64,000 nt of DNA from the IMG/VR virus record IMGVR_UViG_3300026488_000010; one strand, 5' to 3'. Both the position numbers and the translations under genes were made by a program. This DNA comes from a virus. The notes beneath the pieces were generated by a model. That model did not search any database. It saw nothing but the letters and a program-made list of their open reading frames with translations, and had not been told where the DNA came from. Positions 57,992 to 64,000 of the stretch are shown here, one piece after another. Each line of letters starts with the position of its first letter. Positions within the stretch are counted from its first letter, which is position 1.

Positions 57992-58036
57992 AAAACGATC
58001 TTTATCGATAAAGATCGAAAAAGTTACCATAGAAAT
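57992..58036. repeat. Palindrome-family copy plus AGTTACCATAGAAAT
   Basis: AAAACGATCTTTATCGATAAAGATCG followed by the second motif. Confidence 0.85.
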
Positions 58037-58053
58037 AGGGCCCAAAATCAAGG

Positions 58054-58088
58054 ACAAGAATATTCTTAGGCAATATGCCTAAGAATAT
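58054..58088 (-). terminator. Hairpin + TTCTTGT terminator-like element
   Basis: Stem ATATTCTTAGGCA/TGCCTAAGAATAT, then TCTTGTCCTTGAT. Confidence 0.7.
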
Positions 58089-58096
58089 AAATCATT

Positions 58097-58471
58097 TTAA
58101 TCATTTAATGTTATTGGTGAAAATAATAAATTACCAACAACAAGTTCATTTGGATCCAATAATTCAGTTGATTCAATAGTTAATATATCATTAACTATTC
58201 TAATACTAAATGGTTGAATATCAACAGTTAATATTTTATTTACATCAATTTTTGATACAATATTAGATTCAATCATTTTTGATTGAATCTTTTTACCTTG
58301 AATCTTAATAGTAATCATTGAATCTGTTCTAAAATTTATTGGAACAGTATTCATATTTAATATATTAGCAGTTTTATCTGCACTAGGTAATATACTAAAT
58401 AACATAAATGGATTATCATTAGTTGGTTTATATAATATGTTTTCTTTTAAAGCATTTTTTATTGGATACAT
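58097..58471 (-). CDS. Hypothetical protein
   Basis: 124-aa ORF coupled to the upstream gene. Confidence 0.65.
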   Translation of the reverse strand: MYPIKNALKENILYKPTNDNPFMLFSILPSADKTANILNMNTVPINFRTDSMITIKIQGKKIQSKMIESNIVSKIDVNKILTVDIQPFSIRIVNDILTIESTELLDPNELVVGNLLFSPITLND

Positions 58472-59205
58472 TATTTTAACTCCTCAAAATCTCCAGATAT
58501 AACTTTTTCTAAATCGGTTTTTTCGGTTGTATATGTTCTAGTAATGTTATCAACAATAACATCTTTAGTATAACCATAATTAAATCCTACACCAGCATTA
58601 AATTTATGAGCAGAATCTTTTGAATTTAAAGCATTCCCTTTTGAATATTTTTGATTTTTAGTCATTCGTGTAGGTTCAAAACCATTATCAGTATATTCAC
58701 CATACAATACTGTTAATATTGTTTCAATATGTTGCATTCGAATATTTGATGTATTTAATAATTGATCATAAATTGCAACGATGTGTTTTGGTAAGTCACC
58801 ACTCAAATATTTAATACGATTTTCAAATAGCTTATCGAGAATCATAATATCTGTTGCGCTTGATTTTGTCATTGCGAATGCAATAAGATCACCTTTTGAA
58901 AAATAATAAGTGCTAATAGTTCCTTCTTTCTCAACGGTGTCAGATATTACAAAATTGATATTAAATGGGAAATATAATTGAACTTCATCATTTTCTTCAG
59001 GTACTTCAATATTTAATATTCCAGGAATATTAATGGAGCCTACTAATGATTCATTATCATCTTCACTTATATCAACAAGTTCTTCATCTTCTATTTTAAA
59101 ATCTGATTCATCAATTCTGATAATGATATCATACTTTGCATAAAAATGATTCTTCTGCACATCTAAGTATTTTAAGACTTTGTCTTTCGAGCTCAATTTT
59201 GCCAT
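58471..59205 (-). CDS. RNA polymerase beta-prime C-terminal fragment
   Basis: NIRMQHIETILTVL (cf INDKHIEVIVRQM); KGNALNSKDSAHKFNAGVGFNYGYTKDVI (cf GITKASL.T.SFISAASFQETT.VL). Confidence 0.6.
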   Translation of the reverse strand: MAKLSSKDKVLKYLDVQKNHFYAKYDIIIRIDESDFKIEDEELVDISEDDNESLVGSINIPGILNIEVPEENDEVQLYFPFNINFVISDTVEKEGTISTYYFSKGDLIAFAMTKSSATDIMILDKLFENRIKYLSGDLPKHIVAIYDQLLNTSNIRMQHIETILTVLYGEYTDNGFEPTRMTKNQKYSKGNALNSKDSAHKFNAGVGFNYGYTKDVIVDNITRTYTTEKTDLEKVISGDFEELK

Positions 59206-59222
59206 TTTATATCCCTTTTTGT

Positions 59223-59477
59223 TTACTTAGTATCTACTGCTTTTTGTTCAGATGTTGGAACTTTAACAGAACCGTGCATTTCGTGATTAGCTAGTCCTTT
59301 TTCATTATAGATAGTTTTTGAATACTCAGTATCTGTTCCATCAAATTTCTCTTCGCGCTTAACGATTCTATCCATCTCTGCATCAGGACCTTTACGATCT
59401 TCCTGTTGTGCCATACCTATTTCTTTTAATTTTTTTAGTATAGCTGCTTTTGGTGTTGTGTATATAGTTGCATTCAT
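59223..59477 (-). CDS. Hypothetical protein
   Basis: 84-aa ORF with AAGGA SD. Confidence 0.7.
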   Translation of the reverse strand: MNATIYTTPKAAILKKLKEIGMAQQEDRKGPDAEMDRIVKREEKFDGTDTEYSKTIYNEKGLANHEMHGSVKVPTSEQKAVDTK

Positions 59478-59486
59478 TTTAGTTCC

Positions 59487-59723
59487 TTATAATTTATAAC
59501 CCATTTTCTTTAAAAAAATGTCCGATGTTCTTTCATGAGAAGCTTTGAGATCATTACCTGACCCTCGAACCTTAGTAACCGTAAACGGTTTATTTGATTC
59601 ATTTGGTTTAGTGAACTTCTTTTCATGATAAGCTTTTAAAGCATCCATACGTCTCTGAACAATTGCTGGATCAGCATTATATGTTGCTTCTAAGATTTCT
59701 GCTTTATCTAATGTAATAATCAT
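59487..59723 (-). CDS. Leader-bearing small basic protein
   Basis: MIITLDKAEILE-ATYN. Confidence 0.7.
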   Translation of the reverse strand: MIITLDKAEILEATYNADPAIVQRRMDALKAYHEKKFTKPNESNKPFTVTKVRGSGNDLKASHERTSDIFLKKMGYKL

Positions 59724-60238
59724 TTTGATTCCTTGTCTTTATCTTTTTTTGAATCTTCTACCCAATTGAGATTTAAAGGACTTATACGTTCTTCTACAAT
59801 TTCTAAAGTCTCACCAATATAGGGTGCGCCAATTTCATCATCAACTGTGAAATCTCCACAATCATACATTAATGTAATATGTGACGTATATTCTGGGTAA
59901 TCTGTAGTTGCTCCGAGCTTGATTGCTTTTGCAAATTGTTCTTGACAGAACTTACATTCTAATACAACATGTAGATTTTTACCCTCATCTGTTTTAAAAT
60001 GTCCAAATGATTTTATCTTTATTCTCTTTGATAATTTGTTCTTGGCAGTACCTTTAACTTGTTTCGTTCCTTTAGATGTTTTTAAATATGGAACTGGTTT
60101 CTTTGAGTACGTTATTGTCGTGTGATATGCATCAGTAAAATCTTTTTTCAATCCAAAACTTTTAATAATATCATCAAGTTTTTTATTAGAGTTTTCACTG
60201 AATATTACATCCATATATGTTCCTTTTGTTTCTGCCAT
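59720..60238 (-). CDS. acb1: Acb1-like (T4 gp57B) 2H phosphoesterase, anti-CBASS
   Basis: Start at 60238; YHTTITYSK.PVPY, TDEG..L.VVL, LGATTDYPEYTSHITLMY, SPLNLNW. Confidence 0.85.
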   Translation of the reverse strand: MAETKGTYMDVIFSENSNKKLDDIIKSFGLKKDFTDAYHTTITYSKKPVPYLKTSKGTKQVKGTAKNKLSKRIKIKSFGHFKTDEGKNLHVVLECKFCQEQFAKAIKLGATTDYPEYTSHITLMYDCGDFTVDDEIGAPYIGETLEIVEERISPLNLNWVEDSKKDKDKESK

Positions 60239-60239
60239 T

Positions 60240-60416
60240 TTAAAATCTCCTTCCATTGTTTATATTTTCTTTAATTTTATAACACCTTTTAGATGCATGC
60301 CATAAACCATCATGTTGACCACATTCAGGACAAGTGTAATCATCTTTTTTTGTAAGTAATGCTCCAATGATAATGAATGATGCCGTAAATATTAATATTA
60401 TATATATAATTTCCAT
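60240..60416 (-). CDS. 58-aa TM plus CxxC protein
   Basis: Hand-translated MEIIYIILIFTASFIIIGALLTKKDDYTCPECGQH... Confidence 0.6.
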   Translation of the reverse strand: MEIIYIILIFTASFIIIGALLTKKDDYTCPECGQHDGLWHASKRCYKIKENINNGRRF

Positions 60417-60417
60417 T

Positions 60418-60783
60418 TTAAATCTTTTTAGTTGCTGATTTTAAAGCTGCTGCTGATAGACCCATCTTTTGAATAAATCCTCTTCTTGATACATTTTTGG
60501 TCTCATCATTATTTGATGTTGTATGTTTGTATATTTTTGAAGCAGTGATGCCTGATGCAACTTTTTTCTTAGCATGTTTATAATCACTGACTATTGATCC
60601 AGGATTTTGCAGCTTACCAATAACACTTGTTGCACCTGCAGTAGCAGCAGCGGTTAGTCCCATTAATCCTAAGAAGTTTCGTCTAGAAACATCTTCTTCC
60701 AATAAATAAAATATCTCATTTTCTAAAAAATATTGTACATTATTTTCTTCTAAATATTCTATACCTTGTTGTATTGTATACAT
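60418..60783 (-). CDS. Leader-bearing protein with two twin-arginine (Tat)-like motifs
   Basis: LLEE-DVSRRNFLGLMGLTAAATAGA and NVSRRGFIQKMGLSAAAL. Confidence 0.75.
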   Translation of the reverse strand: MYTIQQGIEYLEENNVQYFLENEIFYLLEEDVSRRNFLGLMGLTAAATAGATSVIGKLQNPGSIVSDYKHAKKKVASGITASKIYKHTTSNNDETKNVSRRGFIQKMGLSAAALKSATKKI

Positions 60784-60843
60784 ATAAGTCCTTATATACC
60801 ATCTATAATCTTAGAGAGTTTTTCTTTGAGTACTTGAGGTGTA

Positions 60844-61029
60844 TCATGATGGACAGCCTCGTATTAGATGATGAGCTGGAGGCATATTAAATTGTCCATG
60901 AATTGGGCAAATAATACACACTTTAGTTAACCTATTAACGTAGTCAACTTTTGAATAATCATATTTATCATTATATCTTATATTAGATTTATGGATAAAT
61001 AAATTCTTAACCTTATCTGTTTTTTTCAT
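60844..61029 (-). pseudogene. Truncated homing-endonuclease Zn-ribbon repeat (DUF723-like)
   Basis: KYDYSKVDYVN..TKVCIICPIHGQF...HL.RGCPS*, with no nuclease domain following. Confidence 0.6.
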
Positions 61030-61143
61030 ATTATATCCAATAACTTGAAATGTTATCAGAGCTACCAGTATATGCCCCATACACAACCATTGATGATATA
61101 ATTATTACTAAAAATATTTTTAATTTTAAACTCATAATATAAC

Positions 61144-61500
61144 TCATAAGCTTTTTACAAATATCATATTCTTGATATGTAATCTATCTAAGGATGCTTT
61201 ATTATCATCTGATAATGCACTCTGCATCTGACTCTTTGTTAGAACTTCACATTCTCCAAAGATGCCTGGATTAATGTAGTGTATATCGATAAAGTATTTA
61301 AATACTAGATATTCAACATGTTCATCTTTATATAAAAAATCATTATATGTTTCTAAAACTTCAGGTGTCAATTGTAATAAATCATTAACTTTATACATAA
61401 TATATGGGAAAGCCATATATTTTGAATTTCTTATATTTTTTACTTTACTAAGGTCTTGTACTTCGCAGACACTTATTAATTCTTTATGTGTTACGGGCAT
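61144..61500 (-). CDS. Hypothetical protein
   Basis: 118-aa ORF in operon. Confidence 0.65.
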   Translation of the reverse strand: MPVTHKELISVCEVQDLSKVKNIRNSKYMAFPYIMYKVNDLLQLTPEVLETYNDFLYKDEHVEYLVFKYFIDIHYINPGIFGECEVLTKSQMQSALSDDNKASLDRLHIKNMIFVKSL

Positions 61501-61501
61501 T

Positions 61502-61885
61502 CTAATCCTTTAAATATGTTGGGACACTATAATGTTTAGGTTCCGCTTCGATCATTTTAAGCTTGATTTTAAGCATAAAAATCTTTCTATCAACACTTCT
61601 ATAGTAGTCTTTATCTTCGGCTGTTATACCTACTCTACGCGCGTTATACAGCTCGTTCTGATAAACTATCAATTGTGTTCTAGCTAAAGAATTGTCAAGC
61701 TTATCTACATTTTGTTTCAAAGCATAATTCGATGCTTCTAATTTACTTATAAATTTAGTGCCTAACCAATCAATGGTCATATATCCCAATCCTGCTATAA
61801 ATAGTATCGACATAGCTATCTGCTTAATAGCATTTAAGTTATCAGCTAACCAATTTATTTTAGACTCTTTGTTTTCTTTAGACAT
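61502..61885 (-). CDS. Single-TM protein (holin/antiholin candidate)
   Basis: Start at 61885; TM IAMSILFIAGLGYMTIDWLG, then coiled coil. Confidence 0.5.
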   Translation of the reverse strand: MSKENKESKINWLADNLNAIKQIAMSILFIAGLGYMTIDWLGTKFISKLEASNYALKQNVDKLDNSLARTQLIVYQNELYNARRVGITAEDKDYYRSVDRKIFMLKIKLKMIEAEPKHYSVPTYLKD

Positions 61886-62195
61886 TACTTTTATCCTTAT
61901 CGATAAAGATCGTTTTATCTTGTATATATTTATATAATACTTTAAAATTCTCAAAATCGTATTTAGTACATTTTGTTCTATAACTACGTTTAAAATTGTT
62001 ATGGAAATTCATATGACAACCATAACATAAACATACACCATTTGATAAATCATATCTCTCATCTGGAAAATAACTTCCAGAATTCATGTGATGTGCTGTA
62101 CGTCTATCGTTATCACCACACATGACACATTTCTTATCTCTACGTATTACTTGAGCTCGCCAAATACGATACTCTCTTGAACTATGCCATGACAT
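61878..62195 (-). CDS. HNH endonuclease
   Basis: CVMCG, AHH, NGVCLCYGCHMNFH. Confidence 0.9.
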   Translation of the reverse strand: MSWHSSREYRIWRAQVIRRDKKCVMCGDNDRRTAHHMNSGSYFPDERYDLSNGVCLCYGCHMNFHNNFKRSYRTKCTKYDFENFKVLYKYIQDKTIFIDKDKSNV

Positions 62196-62196
62196 A

Positions 62197-62463
62197 TTAA
62201 CCCTTTATATCTATTATGTGTCCAGGTTTATGATCATAAGCCTTTAATTTTTGCTGGACTACATTTGTAACTTGTTTTTTAGAAGCAATTGCTTCTCTTG
62301 CTGCATCTGCAACTTTATCAACAGGCAAATTAATTTTAGTTGATGTGTTTAATATTATAATTGGTTTATTAATTCCCATTATTCTATTAAAATCAAATAA
62401 ATGTTTTGATGTTGCATGTAGTTTTGCTGTATCGTCAAAATTATTTAATATTCTCTTTTGCAT
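62197..62463 (-). CDS. Hypothetical protein
   Basis: 88-aa ORF in operon. Confidence 0.6.
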   Translation of the reverse strand: MQKRILNNFDDTAKLHATSKHLFDFNRIMGINKPIIILNTSTKINLPVDKVADAAREAIASKKQVTNVVQQKLKAYDHKPGHIIDIKG

Positions 62464-63046
62464 CTTTAGCCTTTTTTCTCTCTAGTTGTTTTGCTAGTTT
62501 GAGATCTTTCAATTGTTGTATATGAGCATTTGTTAATTGTACAAGCTCTTCCCATTCAGGTGTCACATATATTGGTTTCTTAATAATTGTTCTTTTTCTA
62601 GGGTGCAATTCTAAATAATATTTAGAAACTCTTTTATATTCAGATATTTTAACTTTAATACGTTTTGGCTTTTCAGAATAATATGCATAACATTCTGTTA
62701 GTTGTTTAGCAGGAGGATTCTCTAGATAATCAGCTAAGTTTCTTAAATACGTTGGAAGATCAAAACCTTCTTTATCTAATCCATATCTTGACCAAGCATT
62801 AACAATTTTACCTTCTACAGCATTTGCTCTAAACTCTATAGCTCCGCGAATCAAACCTTTTCCACCATTATCCCAATTTGAGCATTTTTCTTTTTTAAGT
62901 TTGTGTTGATGATCTGCAACCATTTTATCAACTTCAACATATTGTCCTAATAATGGACAAATGCCTTTTGATATTTGATATAATTCTTTTTTTATTAATT
63001 GTGTTTCTTTCTGATTAGTAAATATAATATTGTCTATTTTTTCCAT
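62441..63046 (-). CDS. Recombination endonuclease VII (T4 gp49-like)
   Basis: GICPLL, ADHQH, GLIRG...ANAVEGKI..AWSRYG...LRNLADYL. Confidence 0.85.
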   Translation of the reverse strand: MEKIDNIIFTNQKETQLIKKELYQISKGICPLLGQYVEVDKMVADHQHKLKKEKCSNWDNGGKGLIRGAIEFRANAVEGKIVNAWSRYGLDKEGFDLPTYLRNLADYLENPPAKQLTECYAYYSEKPKRIKVKISEYKRVSKYYLELHPRKRTIIKKPIYVTPEWEELVQLTNAHIQQLKDLKLAKQLERKKAKDAKENIK

Positions 63047-63063
63047 TTTAATATCCTATGTTT

Positions 63064-63100
63064 TTATAATTATTTGTTAATCGTTAACAAATAATTATAA
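63064..63100. promoter_or_regulatory. Back-to-back divergent AACAAATAATTA promoter candidates
   Basis: 17-bp inverted repeat; each arm is about 21-22 nt from a divergent start codon (63046 and 63119). Confidence 0.65.
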
Positions 63101-63118
63101 AAACGAAAAAGGACTAGT

Positions 63119-63340
63119 ATGCAAGATAAGCAAGATAAGCAAGAGATAACTGAAGAAGAGTTATTGGAAATGAAATCTAGAATGATGGTAGCATTAAAAG
63201 AATACAATGATGATATTAAACAAGTTGATAGAATAAACAGAAATGTTTTAAGTGGAATTAATAACTGTTTTAGAGTTATTAAAAATATTGACGAAACATT
63301 GAATCCAATTCCTCCAATTCCTCCAAGCGTAATAGAATAG
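63119..63340 (+). CDS. Small hypothetical protein
   Basis: AAGGA SD, own promoter motif and own terminator element. Confidence 0.7.
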   Translation: MQDKQDKQEITEEELLEMKSRMMVALKEYNDDIKQVDRINRNVLSGINNCFRVIKNIDETLNPIPPIPPSVIE

Positions 63341-63414
63341 AGTTGATACTCTATTCTATTCTTGTGGCTGAATTCAAGGACAAGAAAATATCTTAGACAT
63401 ATGTCTAAGATATT
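63331..63414. terminator. Two convergent hairpin + TTCTTGT elements
   Basis: Plus-strand stem 63331-63360 + TTCTTGTGGCTGAA; minus-strand stem 63387-63414 + TTCTTGTCCTTGAA. Confidence 0.8.
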
Positions 63415-63620
63415 GTCATTCCCCAACTAGGTTTTGGATTAGATGAGTCTCCTGATATATTAACGATCGCGGATCCATCTGATCCAGGTTTAGCTGGATC
63501 AACAGAAAATTTAAAAGTATCGGTATTTGGAGTTTTATATTCTGTTACTGTTGTAGTATCAACGACTGTATCATTAGCGATATGGGTTGATCTATGAGTT
63601 GCTGTTTCATTCCAAAACAT
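63405..63620 (-). CDS. Hypothetical protein
   Basis: 71-aa ORF; its stop lies in the terminator stem. Confidence 0.6.
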   Translation of the reverse strand: MFWNETATHRSTHIANDTVVDTTTVTEYKTPNTDTFKFSVDPAKPGSDGSAIVNISGDSSNPKPSWGMTIS

Positions 63621-63628
63621 GCTGCAAC

Positions 63629-64000
63629 CTATATAGTGAAACCAGTATTTACTAACAGTGTTTCAGTATATACTATTTTAGGAGCGGGTAGATCACGTTT
63701 TCTTGAAAGCTCGCCTGATGTTTCAACAACTGCTGCTTCTACTTCAGATGTTACATCTGTTCTAGGACCTTCAGCATGGGTTGGAGTTCCAATCATAGTC
63801 GCAACTTCATCTGGCACTCTATCAGATTTAACTGTTTTAACAGTTGCTGGTTCTTGTTTACGTTGTTGGACTTCAGGTGTCTCAACTACTTCTTCAACAG
63901 TCTCAACAGGTGTCTCAACTACTTCTTCAACAGTCTCAACAGGTGTCTCAACTACTTCTTCAACAGTCTCAACAGGTGTCTCAACTACTTCTTCAACAGT
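63629..64000 (-). CDS. 5'-truncated protein with (TVEEVVETPVE)n acidic repeat
   Basis: Frame open to the window edge; 33-bp unit starting at 63874, 63907, 63940, 63973. Confidence 0.75.
   Translation of the reverse strand, partial: TVEEVVETPVETVEEVVETPVETVEEVVETPVETVEEVVETPEVQQRKQEPATVKTVKSDRVPDEVATMIGTPTHAEGPRTDVTSEVEAAVVETSGELSRKRDLPAPKIVYTETLLVNTGFTI

Overview
This is a 64-kb segment of an AT-rich, jumbo-type tailed phage (Caudoviricetes). Almost all genes are on the minus strand. Left half (1-38.6 kb) is the virion module: a T4 gp17-like large terminase, a baseplate-wedge-like protein, an overlapping spanin pair (implying a diderm host), about 10 fibre/adhesin genes sharing an Mtd_N-like N-terminus, a gp13-like neck protein, and a long run of small Gly/Ala-rich ORFs sharing an N-terminal leader ending in (I/L)-x-E. 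Right half holds a phage multisubunit RNA polymerase (beta split over two genes, plus a separate beta-prime C-terminal piece) and an M15 endolysin. It also holds 8 tRNAs with a GOLLD-like large RNA and two further structured RNAs, HU, a ParM/StbA-like actin, an SF2 helicase with a class-3-type intein, an Acb1-like anti-CBASS phosphoesterase, an HNH nuclease and endonuclease VII. Reading the intergenic DNA revealed four recurrent cis-motif families: hairpin+TTCTTGT terminators, AACAAAT-N3-TA promoter candidates, C(G/T)ATCTTT-based palindromes, and an AGTTANYATAGAAAT motif. Best candidates for undescribed biology are the leader-tagged putative capsid-cargo array (including a protein with two masked Tat signals), the phage-specific cis-regulatory grammar, and the ncRNA cluster. 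All family assignments come from motif recognition by eye; no searches were run. A Campylobacterota-like host is only a guess.
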